This document shows positions 26,322 through 34,718 of a stretch of 64,000 bases of DNA, in pieces. The position numbers and the translations under genes were made by a program. The stretch's first letter is position 1. Each line of letters starts with the position of its first letter. A model generated the notes under the pieces. The model did not search any database, was not told where the DNA came from, and saw nothing but the letters and a program-made list of their open reading frames with translations. Source of the stretch: Patescibacteria group bacterium (GTDB lineage Bacteria > Patescibacteriota > Minisyncoccia > Phycocordibacterales > UBA9973); NCBI GenBank assembly GCA_040390725.1, contig JAZJXT010000005.1, positions 13,301 through 77,300 on the forward strand, read 5' to 3'.

Positions 26322-27560
26322 ATGCATCAAGTTTTTGAGGTAGCTATATATGTGTTCTCTTTTATTGCTGTTTTTGTGCAGATTTTTTTCTTGATCACGT
26401 TTTTTGAGGGCAGGAAAAGCATTCGTCGTATTTTTGCTGAAATTTTAGAATATCCTTCTATTACTGTTATGGTTCCTTGTTATAACGAAGAGTCTACGAT
26501 TGCAGGTACAGTAGAGTCTATATTGGCGCTTGATTATCCTAAAGATAAAATTTTTATAAAGTTAATAGATGACGGTTCTAGTGACGGTACTTTTTCTGCA
26601 ATGCATAAATTTTCTTCTGTTCCAAATTTGGAAATTATAAAAAAAGAAAATGGCGGAAAACATACTGCTCTTAATCTCGGTATAGAAAATTCTTCGAGTG
26701 ATTTCGTGGCTTGTCTCGATGCTGATTCTTCTGTGCATCCGCAAGCTTTAAAAAGAATGATTCCATATTTTTCTGATCCAAAAGTAATGGCCGTTTCACC
26801 GTCGATCATCGTGCGTGAGCCGGATAATATTATCCGCAAGGCTCAAAAAGCTGAATATGATTTATCTGTTTATGTTAAAAAAATGCTTGGACTCATCGGA
26901 GGAATTCATGTTACCCCTGGACCATTTTCAGTATATAGAAGGGAAGTATTTGAGAAAATAGGAATGTATCGAAAGGCTCACAATACAGAGGATATGGAGA
27001 TAGCTTATCGAATGCAAACAAATGGATTAAAAATAGAACAGTGTCACGATGCATTTGCTTATACTTCAGCGCCTAGTTCCGTCTGGAAGCTTTACAAACA
27101 GCGCCTGCGTTGGATTTACGGTTTTATAAACAATACTATAGATTATCGCGATGTTCTTTTTCGTAAAAAATACGGTCACTTTGCTCTGTTTACGTTGCCG
27201 GCGGGAGTCCTCGATATTTTCGCGGTACTGGTTCTTTTTGGTAATTTTTTCTATGTAATAGGTAATTTTATTTATCAGAAAGCTGAGGCTGCCAGTGTCG
27301 TCGGTGTGAATAATTTAGTCTCCGTGCCTTCTCATTTTAGTTTATTTTACATAGGGTCCAAGGCACTGCTTTTCATAATGTGTATTATTTATGCATTGGT
27401 TATTTTTTCAATCTTAATGGGAAGAAAAATGTCTGAAGGCAAGGCTCGCTTTTCTCCATCCATTATTTATTATATTTTTATATACAGTTTAATAGCGCCA
27501 TTTTGGCTTGTAAAAGCTGTAGTTAATACGGCTATATCTAAACAGCCAGCCTGGAAATAA
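26322..27560 (+). CDS. family-2 glycosyltransferase, processive membrane synthase type (DxD and QxxRW motifs)
   Basis: VMVPCYNEE, IDDGSSDGT, CLDADS, QRLRW, and multiple TM helices on both sides (NodC/PgaC/HasA-like). TGcTATAAT -10 (26307-26315) ends 6 nt before ATG 26322; the track GTG at 26316 is too close to the -10. Confidence 0.75.
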   Translation: MHQVFEVAIYVFSFIAVFVQIFFLITFFEGRKSIRRIFAEILEYPSITVMVPCYNEESTIAGTVESILALDYPKDKIFIKLIDDGSSDGTFSAMHKFSSVPNLEIIKKENGGKHTALNLGIENSSSDFVACLDADSSVHPQALKRMIPYFSDPKVMAVSPSIIVREPDNIIRKAQKAEYDLSVYVKKMLGLIGGIHVTPGPFSVYRREVFEKIGMYRKAHNTEDMEIAYRMQTNGLKIEQCHDAFAYTSAPSSVWKLYKQRLRWIYGFINNTIDYRDVLFRKKYGHFALFTLPAGVLDIFAVLVLFGNFFYVIGNFIYQKAEAASVVGVNNLVSVPSHFSLFYIGSKALLFIMCIIYALVIFSILMGRKMSEGKARFSPSIIYYIFIYSLIAPFWLVKAVVNTAISKQPAWK

Positions 27561-27564
27561 TTAT

Positions 27565-28248
27565 ATGCAAAAACCCGATTGGAAAAAATATCTTTTAACA
27601 TTTCTTATAACCGCGATTCTTTTCGTGTCTGCTTTTGTTCTTTCCGGATATATTAATTCAAAAAAAATAAATCAGCTAAAAAGTATTCAAGATAAAATTT
27701 CTGTTGATATACTTTCTTCTGAAACTCAATTTTCGCTTCTCTCTGAGCTTTCTTGCAAGAATGTCTCGGATGAAGTTCTTTCCAGCGAATTGGAAGATTT
27801 GGGGCACAAACTAGAATGGGGACAGGATAACTTGGGTAATTCTGATGAGGTCACTTATCTAAAAAAATATTATTCTTTGCTCGAGATAAAAGATTATCTT
27901 TTGATGAAAAAAATATCTTCTCGTTGCGGAGTAAAATCAGCATTTATACTTTATTTTTATACTACCGCTGAAAATTGCAGTGAATGTCAAAAGCAGGGTA
28001 TAGTGCTCTCGACTCTTCGTGAGAAATACCCGGAGCTTCGCGTTTACTCTTTTGATTTTAGTACTGATTTGTCGGCCGTGAAAGCAATGTTGAACATTTA
28101 TAAAATACAAGATACCAAGCTCCCTGCGTTGGTTATAGATGATGATGTATTTACTGGTTTCCAGACCATGGACAGCGTAGAGGCGCGCATAAAAGAATCT
28201 TTCAAGCTTCAAGAGCCGTCCAAAAAAGTTTCTAATGCAAAAAAATAA
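27565..28248 (+). CDS. membrane-anchored thioredoxin-like protein (CSEC motif)
   Basis: N-terminal TM helix. ILYFYTTAENCSECQKQGIVLSTL...KLPALVIDDDVFTGF resembles a thioredoxin fold with a CxxC centre. Confidence 0.5.
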   Translation: MQKPDWKKYLLTFLITAILFVSAFVLSGYINSKKINQLKSIQDKISVDILSSETQFSLLSELSCKNVSDEVLSSELEDLGHKLEWGQDNLGNSDEVTYLKKYYSLLEIKDYLLMKKISSRCGVKSAFILYFYTTAENCSECQKQGIVLSTLREKYPELRVYSFDFSTDLSAVKAMLNIYKIQDTKLPALVIDDDVFTGFQTMDSVEARIKESFKLQEPSKKVSNAKK

Positions 28249-28300
28249 AATAACAAAAGACATCCAGAAATGGGTGTCTTTTGTTTGTGGAAAATTGCCC

Positions 28301-28328
28301 TTGACTTTTACTGGGGGGGGGCTATACT
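28301..28328 (+). promoter_or_regulatory. sigma70-like promoter TTGACT-16-TATACT
   Basis: ttgact (28301-28306), 16-nt G-rich spacer, tatact (28323-28328), upstream of ORF 28365. Confidence 0.45.
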
Positions 28329-28364
28329 TTATGTATTAATAATTAACTTTTTGAATATAATAAT

Positions 28365-28733
28365 ATGCCTGAAGGAATAAATAGAGAAGGAGATAATAAA
28401 ATGACTCCACAGAAGATGTTGGAGGAAATTAAAAAAACTTACCCAACTTCACGTCTTTTCTTGCAGGAGATAATAGATGCAGGAGATAGAAATTGGGGAA
28501 CAAGTAAAGATCCAAACGATGTACGTAGTATCGTCGTTGAACTAGCTCAACATCATAGATCAATTAAAAGTGGTCAATATACATTTGATATAAAGGATCA
28601 AGAAGAAAAAGAAAAAAAGATGTACGAAAGAGGATTATGGTTAGCTAGCTTGGTAGGAGCCGTATATCACGGTGAATTAACTATGATTAGTAAAGATGGA
28701 AAATTGCTCTCAACACCGGAATCTTTTAAATAA
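28365..28733 (+). CDS. hypothetical protein (122 aa)
   Basis: Intact ORF with no recognisable family. Confidence 0.45.
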   Translation: MPEGINREGDNKMTPQKMLEEIKKTYPTSRLFLQEIIDAGDRNWGTSKDPNDVRSIVVELAQHHRSIKSGQYTFDIKDQEEKEKKMYERGLWLASLVGAVYHGELTMISKDGKLLSTPESFK

Positions 28734-28887
28734 AGTTTAAAAAAATATTTTGTTTAATATCTTTTTTTATTTCCCAAAATCAAATTTGTGTGCTATTGTG
28801 TATTTACAACTTCATATATACCCCTAAGCGTAAAGCAAGGGGAATTTTAGGTTTTTAATGGAGGTGGTTTGTGTGTTGAGGCATTAA

Positions 28888-28980
28888 TTCTCCTCTTGAG
28901 GAGTACCCCGACAGCAGTCGGGGGGAGGTGGAGAATTTATCCACCCCGTCTCGCAAGCGAGCCACCCCTCAAGAGGGGAA
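28888..28980 (+). other. GC-rich four-helix structured element immediately upstream of uvrA (unknown RNA or repeat)
   Basis: Outer inverted repeat cctcttgagg (28891-28900) / cctcaagagg (28967-28976) encloses hairpins ccccgac-agca-gtcgggg, ggtgga-gaattta-tccacc and ctcg-caag-cgag. It is about 60% GC in a genome of roughly 33% GC. Confidence 0.4.
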
Positions 28981-28989
28981 TAAAATTTT

Positions 28990-31602
28990 ATGCAAAAAAA
29001 TAAACCAACAACTGAAGGTAGCATTATAGTCAAAGGCGCGCGGACGCATAATTTGAAAAATGTGACGGTGGAAATGCCTCGCGGGAAAATGATAGTTTTT
29101 ACCGGTCTTTCGGGGTCGGGGAAAAGCTCGCTGGCTTTTGATACTATTTTCGCCGAAGGGCAGAGGAGATATGTTGAATCTCTTTCTTCTTATGCGCGCC
29201 AATTTTTAAAACAAATGGCAAAGCCGGATGTGGATGAGATAGAAGGTTTGAGTCCCGCGATTTCTATCGACCAAAAATCCCGCTCGAATAATCCGCGTTC
29301 GACAGTGGCGACTATCACGGAAATTTATGATTATCTGCGTGTCCTTTATGCGCGCGTGGGGCGTCCGCATTGTTTAGTGTGCGGAGATGAAATAAAAAAA
29401 CTTTCCAATGAAGAAATTATAAAATTCGTGATGGACAAGGTGCAAGAGGTCGCACCTCCAAGAGGAGGAACGACCTCTAAAAATACAAGAAAAGTAATGG
29501 GCGTAGAATGGAACGAAACCCCGATACAAATTTTTGCGCCGGTAGTGCGAGGCAGAAAAGGGGAATATTATCAATTGCTTTATGACTTGCTTGGTAAAGG
29601 TTATGCCAAAGTCCGCGTGGATGGCGTGATGAAAATTTTGCGCGAACGCATTGATTTATCAAAAACAAAAAAGCATGACATTGATGTTTTGGTGGATGAA
29701 TTTTCCGCGCACGAATTCGCCGGTAAAGATATAAAAGATGTGGAATTACGATTAGCAGAATCAGTTGAGCGAGCATTATTAGAATCAGATGGTTTGGTAA
29801 AAATAATAATAAATAAAGAAGAAACTTTATTATCTGCAAAATTTTCTTGCCCGAAAGACGGTTTTTCTTTTCCGGAAATAGAACCACGACTTTTTTCTTT
29901 TAATTCTCCGCATGGAGCTTGTCCTGTTTGTCACGGCCTCGGCACCAAGCATATGTTTGGCGATGATGCTTGCGATGAATGCCAAGGAAAAAGATTGCGC
30001 CCGGAAGCATTGAAAGTATTTTTGTCAGATAAAGAAACCAGCATTGTGGATTTCACCGCAATGTCTATCGAAGACGCAGTAGCATTTTTTAATAAATTAA
30101 AATTAACGGCGCAAGAAAAAGAAATTTCCGCGGTATTATTACGCGAGATTTCTTCGCGTTTGGAATTTCTTTTAAATGTCGGTTTGGAATATTTATCGCT
30201 CGACAGGCGCGCGAATACTTTGTCCGGTGGGGAAGCACAAAGAATTCGCCTCGCTTCACAGCTCGGCTCCCGGCTCGTCGGTGCATTATATGTTTTGGAC
30301 GAGCCGACGATAGGCTTGCACCAAAGAGACAATGAAAAACTTATTAAAACGCTTACAGATTTGCGTGATTTAGGGAATACGATAATAGTCGTCGAGCATG
30401 ATGAAGACACTATTTATTCTTCGGATTATATTGTGGATATCGGTCCGAAAGCCGGCGTGCATGGCGGAGAAATTATAGTTGCGGATTATTTAGATAAACT
30501 TTTAACCGCGCCAAAAAATACTTCAAAGTCTCGCACCTTGGCATACTTGAGAGAAGAAACGAGAATTGAAATTCCAGAAAAAAGACGCGAGGCAGAAAAA
30601 GGCAGTATAAAAATAGTTGGTGGGAAAATTTTCAGTATTAAAAATTTGAATGCGGAAATTCCACTTGGCAGATTAGTTTCCATTACCGGTGTTTCTGGTT
30701 CAGGTAAGAGCTCTTTTATGTATGAGATTTTGCACAAGAATTTGCAAGCAAGATTCGAAAGGAAATATCGGAGCGCTCAAGTTTTTAATTGCTCATCTTT
30801 TTCAGGGAGCGAATATTTACAAAGAGCGGTGCTAATAGACCAAAGTCCGATAGGCCGGACACCTCGTTCGAATATAGCTACATATACCGGATCATTTACT
30901 TTCATTCGTGATTTATTCGCTGAGACGGAGGAAGCGCGTTTCCGTGGGTGGAAGTCCAATAGATTTTCTTTCAATGTCAAAGGCGGACGATGCGAAGCTT
31001 GTGAAGGCAATGGTGAGATAGCTGTGGAAATGCATTTCTTACCTACCGTGTATGTCACTTGCGATGTGTGCAATGGCAAGCGTTTCGATAAAGAAACTTT
31101 GAAAGTAAAATATAAAAAGAAAAATATTTATGAAGTTTTGCAAATGACTGTGGAGGAAGGTTTGAAATTTTTCGATGAAATTCCTGCTATTTCTGATAGA
31201 TTAAAAAGTTTAGCTGATGTTGGTTTAACTTATGTAAAATTGGGGCAAAGTGCTACTACACTTTCCGGCGGGGAAGCTCAACGTGTGAAAATATCCAGCG
31301 AGCTTTTCAGGCCGTATTTGGAAAAGACAATTTATTTACTCGACGAGCCGACTGTCGGGCTTCATTATGATGATGTGCAGAATTTGATAAATGTTTTGGA
31401 AAAATTGGTGCACAAAGGGCACAGTGTCGTAGTCATCGAACACAATATGGACCTCATAAAATGTTCTGACTACATCTTAGACTTTGGTCCCGAAGGAGGC
31501 GACAAGGGTGGAATGTTGATAGCCAAAGGCACACCGGAAGAAATAGCGAATCATCCGAAATCTCATACTGGAAAATATTTAAAGAAAGTGTTGAGGAAAT
31601 AA
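28990..31602 (+). CDS. uvrA: excinuclease ABC subunit A
   Basis: Two ABC cassettes (GLSGSGKSSLAFDTIFAEGQRRYVESLS; GVSGSGKSS), zinc-finger cysteines, and LSGGE signatures. Confidence 0.95.
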   Translation: MQKNKPTTEGSIIVKGARTHNLKNVTVEMPRGKMIVFTGLSGSGKSSLAFDTIFAEGQRRYVESLSSYARQFLKQMAKPDVDEIEGLSPAISIDQKSRSNNPRSTVATITEIYDYLRVLYARVGRPHCLVCGDEIKKLSNEEIIKFVMDKVQEVAPPRGGTTSKNTRKVMGVEWNETPIQIFAPVVRGRKGEYYQLLYDLLGKGYAKVRVDGVMKILRERIDLSKTKKHDIDVLVDEFSAHEFAGKDIKDVELRLAESVERALLESDGLVKIIINKEETLLSAKFSCPKDGFSFPEIEPRLFSFNSPHGACPVCHGLGTKHMFGDDACDECQGKRLRPEALKVFLSDKETSIVDFTAMSIEDAVAFFNKLKLTAQEKEISAVLLREISSRLEFLLNVGLEYLSLDRRANTLSGGEAQRIRLASQLGSRLVGALYVLDEPTIGLHQRDNEKLIKTLTDLRDLGNTIIVVEHDEDTIYSSDYIVDIGPKAGVHGGEIIVADYLDKLLTAPKNTSKSRTLAYLREETRIEIPEKRREAEKGSIKIVGGKIFSIKNLNAEIPLGRLVSITGVSGSGKSSFMYEILHKNLQARFERKYRSAQVFNCSSFSGSEYLQRAVLIDQSPIGRTPRSNIATYTGSFTFIRDLFAETEEARFRGWKSNRFSFNVKGGRCEACEGNGEIAVEMHFLPTVYVTCDVCNGKRFDKETLKVKYKKKNIYEVLQMTVEEGLKFFDEIPAISDRLKSLADVGLTYVKLGQSATTLSGGEAQRVKISSELFRPYLEKTIYLLDEPTVGLHYDDVQNLINVLEKLVHKGHSVVVIEHNMDLIKCSDYILDFGPEGGDKGGMLIAKGTPEEIANHPKSHTGKYLKKVLRK

Positions 31603-31628
31603 AAAAGCAGGTGGTGTTCCTGCTTTTG
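31603..31628. terminator. bidirectional rho-independent terminator
   Basis: aaaaagcaggtggtgttcctgctttt. Confidence 0.7.
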
Positions 31629-31638
31629 TAAATAAAGT

Positions 31639-32022
31639 TTAATGCCAAGTTTGAATGAAGAATTTATAACTTAAATTTTTTTCTAAAATTTCTTTTGTAA
31701 ATTCTCTGTTTCCTTCTTCACCATAGTCAATACTATCTTCAGAGATAAACACGGAATCTTTTTGTTTCTTTAGTCTACCACCACCATATTTTCTGATTAA
31801 GCTAATAGCTGCTGCCTGGTCTATTGAAAATTTTTCTTTCAACTCTTTAAGAAAGTTATAAAAAATTTCAGCATGACTATCATCATCAGCGTATGTTTTG
31901 CCAATTCTAATAACTGAATGTTTTTGTTTTTTAAACTTCAAATCGAATCTTAAGAATTTACTTCCCCTGTCATTTATATTTGATGGCAGGAAATTAGTCT
32001 GAGGAACAATTGTTAAATCCAT
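31639..32022 (-). CDS. hypothetical protein (127 aa)
   Basis: Intact ORF between uvrA and uvrC with no recognisable family. Confidence 0.4.
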   Translation of the reverse strand: MDLTIVPQTNFLPSNINDRGSKFLRFDLKFKKQKHSVIRIGKTYADDDSHAEIFYNFLKELKEKFSIDQAAAISLIRKYGGGRLKKQKDSVFISEDSIDYGEEGNREFTKEILEKNLSYKFFIQTWH

Positions 32023-32075
32023 AGTAGTTTCTTTTTTAATTGTGGAACATTTAGATATATGATACTATATAGCCT

Positions 32076-33347
32076 ATGCAAAGTCAAGCGTTAAAAAATT
32101 ATAAGTTGCCGGACAAACCGGGAGTTTATTTTTTTATGGGTTCAAAGCCACGAACAAAAACCTCACCCCCGACCCCTCTCCATTTTAAAGAAATGGAGAG
32201 GGGAGGAATGCCGAAGGCAGGAGGGGTGAGGGAAGAAATTCTCTATATCGGCAAAGCGACAAGTTTGAAAGACAGGGTAAAGAGTTACTTTGGTAAAGAT
32301 TTATTTAATACTCGTGGGCCGTTGATTGTGGATATGGTAACGAAAACCACAAGTTTAAAATGGCAGGAAACTGACTCAGTTTTGGAAGCGCTTATTTTGG
32401 AAGCGAATTTAATTAAAAAACATCAGCCATATTACAATACAAAAGAAAAAGATGATAAAAGTTTTAATTATGTTTGCATAACACGTGATAAAAAAATTAT
32501 GTTTGTGCGCGGAAAAGTACTAGATATAAAAAAATATAATTCTGTTTTCGGACCTTTTCCATCTGGTAGTCAACTTAAAGATGCTATGAAAATTGTGCGT
32601 CGAATTTTCCCATATATTGAAGAGAGAAGGGGTGCAAAAGGCAAAGAAGAATTTTATAAACAAATAAAGCTTTTCCCATTAGATTCAAAAGAAAATACAA
32701 ATAACATTAAAAACATAAAACTATTTTTTGAGGGCAAGAAACAAAAAGTAGTAAAGAACTTAGAAAAAGAAATGAAGATGCTTGCGCATGAGCATGAATT
32801 TGAACAGGCAAATGAAATAAAGAAACAGCTATTTGCATTAAAGCACATCAATGATGTTGCATTAATAAAAGGAGATTCTTTTGGAGGCTCAACCTCCAAA
32901 AATTTCAGAATTGAAGCTTATGATATAGCTCATATGTCAGGACAAAATATGGTGGGTGTGATGACGGTTTTGGAAGATGGCGAAGTAAATAAAAATGAAT
33001 ATAGAAAATTCAAGATAAAAAATTATGATAGTGCGAATGACACCGGAGCATTGTTGGAAGTTTTAGAAAGACGTTTTAATCATTCCGAGTGGCAATATCC
33101 GAAATTAATTGTGATAGACGGAGGCAAGGCACAGCTGAATGTAATTAAAAAATTCCAAGCTCGCGTCGGGTTCGCTATTCCGTCAGTGGCGGTAGTGAAA
33201 GATGAAAGGCATAAAGCTAAAGGCATTTTGGGTGACAAAGAAACTATAAAAAAGTTCGAAAAAAGCATTTTACTAGCAAATGCCGAAGCGCATAGGTTTG
33301 CTATCAAATATCACATAAAAACACGCAAAAATAGCTTTTTGGGGTAG
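32076..33347 (+). CDS. uvrC: excinuclease ABC subunit C, short form lacking the C-terminal (HhH)2 domain, with an in-frame palindromic-element insertion in the GIY-YIG domain
   Basis: GIY-YIG (PGVYFF...ILYIGKATSLKDRVKSYF), UVR motif (EFEQANEIKKQLFALKHI), endonuclease domain (RIEAYDIAHMSGQNMVGVM). Ends at 423 aa. Confidence 0.85.
   Translation: MQSQALKNYKLPDKPGVYFFMGSKPRTKTSPPTPLHFKEMERGGMPKAGGVREEILYIGKATSLKDRVKSYFGKDLFNTRGPLIVDMVTKTTSLKWQETDSVLEALILEANLIKKHQPYYNTKEKDDKSFNYVCITRDKKIMFVRGKVLDIKKYNSVFGPFPSGSQLKDAMKIVRRIFPYIEERRGAKGKEEFYKQIKLFPLDSKENTNNIKNIKLFFEGKKQKVVKNLEKEMKMLAHEHEFEQANEIKKQLFALKHINDVALIKGDSFGGSTSKNFRIEAYDIAHMSGQNMVGVMTVLEDGEVNKNEYRKFKIKNYDSANDTGALLEVLERRFNHSEWQYPKLIVIDGGKAQLNVIKKFQARVGFAIPSVAVVKDERHKAKGILGDKETIKKFEKSILLANAEAHRFAIKYHIKTRKNSFLG
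32161..32232 (+). repeat. 72-bp imperfect palindromic element (CCTCACCC...GGGTGAGG termini) inserted in frame inside uvrC
   Basis: cctcacccccgacccctctccattt | taaagaa | atggagaggggaggaatgccgaaggcaggaggggtgaggg. It encodes the extra peptide ~KPRTKTSPPTPLHFKEMERGGMPKAGGVRE between conserved GIY-YIG blocks and shares termini and the CTCTCC core with the element at 4329-4712. Confidence 0.7.
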
Positions 33348-33382
33348 GTGTGCATAAGTTATTTGCAGTATCTTTAGTTCAA

Positions 33383-33501
33383 ATGCTATAATATAAGGGT
33401 CGATTTATTAATGTTATTTAATTAAATAAATCATATGCTTGGAGCACACTAATTTCGATAAAACTAAAAAGACAGTTTGGAGCGATCTCGACTGTCTTTT
33501 T
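33383..33501 (+). ncRNA. putative small RNA or short transcription unit: extended -10 promoter plus intrinsic terminator with no long ORF
   Basis: aaatgctataatataagggt (33381-33400) is nearly identical to the scpA promoter region at 61181-61200. Terminator aaaaagacagt...actgtcttttt lies at 33466-33501. The ~85-nt interval has only 4-5-codon ORFs. Confidence 0.35.
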
Positions 33502-33521
33502 AGTTTCTTATCGCTTTATTT

Positions 33522-34718
33522 ATGACTAAAAAAGATAAAAAAATATGCAGTGCTTGTGGGGCTGCTCCGGTAAATCATAATGTTCTCTTTGCATCACAGC
33601 TTATTAATGAAACAATAGGTAAAACTTTTGACATTATATTTTCTTTTTTTTCAGCTGGGAAATATCCACCACTCGCGAATTTTGTGGAAAAAATTTTACT
33701 TACATCTTCTCATTTTTTAGGAATTGTAAAATATGACGATGATATAGAGAAATCTTTAAATGGACGTTCGAAACTTATTTGGGAAGAAGCCAGACGCCGA
33801 GGCATAGATATGAAGCAAATTATTGTTTTTGGAAAACCCGTTGATCAATACAAAGCGATAATCAACGGACAAACTATTTTTTTTCAAAGCATACCTGTTC
33901 CTCTTTGGATATCTCAAGAGGGGTATGATTGGATTGATGATAAATTTATTTTTGCAAAAAAATTTAGAGATGCAGGCATTCCAACTCCGGCAACAAAAAA
34001 AGTTACTTCACTTAAAAATGCTATTTCTGCATTTGAAAGTTTACATAAGCCGATAATTATAAAACCAAAATCAGGCTCGCGAGCCAGACATACTACTACA
34101 AATATAAATACTAAAGAAGAAATGAAAAAAGCTTTTCTCCTCGCCAATGAGATAACTCCTTCAATGGTCGCTCAGGAGCATCTTTTTGGTTCCGTTTATC
34201 GGGCTACTGTTGTAGATAATGTTTTGGTTGGATTTTTTAGAGGTGATCTGCCGGAAGTTATTGGTGACGGTAAAAAAAGTATTCAAGAATTAATTTTAGA
34301 AAAAAATAAAAATCGCCACGAAAGAGTATCTCTAATTTTAATAAACAATGAGCTTTTGTCTTTTATTCAAAGACAAGGATATGCTCTTGAGAGTATCATA
34401 CCCATGGGCGTGAAAGTAAATATTTCAGCAAAGACCGGAAGGCTTTATGGTAGCTATACTAAGGAAATGCTTCCGGAGGTTCATCCAAAAATGTATAAAA
34501 TTTTCGAGAAGGCCGGCCGGCTCGCTTCTATTCCTGTCGCGGGTTTTGATTTGATAATAGAAGATCCGACAAAAGACCCTGATACTCAACACTGGGGAAT
34601 TATTGAATGTAATTCTTTGCCTTTTATTGATTTGCATTATTTTGCATTGGAAGGCGAGCCGATAAATGTCGCCAAGCATGTTTGGGATTTGTGGGATAAA
34701 AAGTTGTATAATAAGTAG
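33522..34718 (+). CDS. ATP-grasp enzyme resembling the N-terminal and ATP-grasp half of cyanophycin synthetase (CphA-like); no Mur-ligase-like C-terminal half
   Basis: KPIIIKPKSGSRARHTTTNINTKEEM (CphA has KPLDGNHGRGVT); VIGDGKKSIQELILEKNKN (CphA has VIGDGxHTIxELIExxN); N-terminal CSAC pair. Confidence 0.55.
   Translation: MTKKDKKICSACGAAPVNHNVLFASQLINETIGKTFDIIFSFFSAGKYPPLANFVEKILLTSSHFLGIVKYDDDIEKSLNGRSKLIWEEARRRGIDMKQIIVFGKPVDQYKAIINGQTIFFQSIPVPLWISQEGYDWIDDKFIFAKKFRDAGIPTPATKKVTSLKNAISAFESLHKPIIIKPKSGSRARHTTTNINTKEEMKKAFLLANEITPSMVAQEHLFGSVYRATVVDNVLVGFFRGDLPEVIGDGKKSIQELILEKNKNRHERVSLILINNELLSFIQRQGYALESIIPMGVKVNISAKTGRLYGSYTKEMLPEVHPKMYKIFEKAGRLASIPVAGFDLIIEDPTKDPDTQHWGIIECNSLPFIDLHYFALEGEPINVAKHVWDLWDKKLYNK

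Noticed and set aside
28888-28980. Cloverleaf-like four-helix element considered as a tRNA or tRNA pseudogene
   Set aside because: It has no GTTC T-loop, the 7-nt loop lacks U33, and the arm lengths (10/7/6/4 bp) do not fit tRNA geometry. It is kept as an unknown structured element instead.
28969-29202. Minus-strand 77-aa ORF overlapping the uvrA start
   Set aside because: It lies entirely antisense to the uvrA start and the GC-rich leader, has no homology, and its composition is driven by the sense gene.
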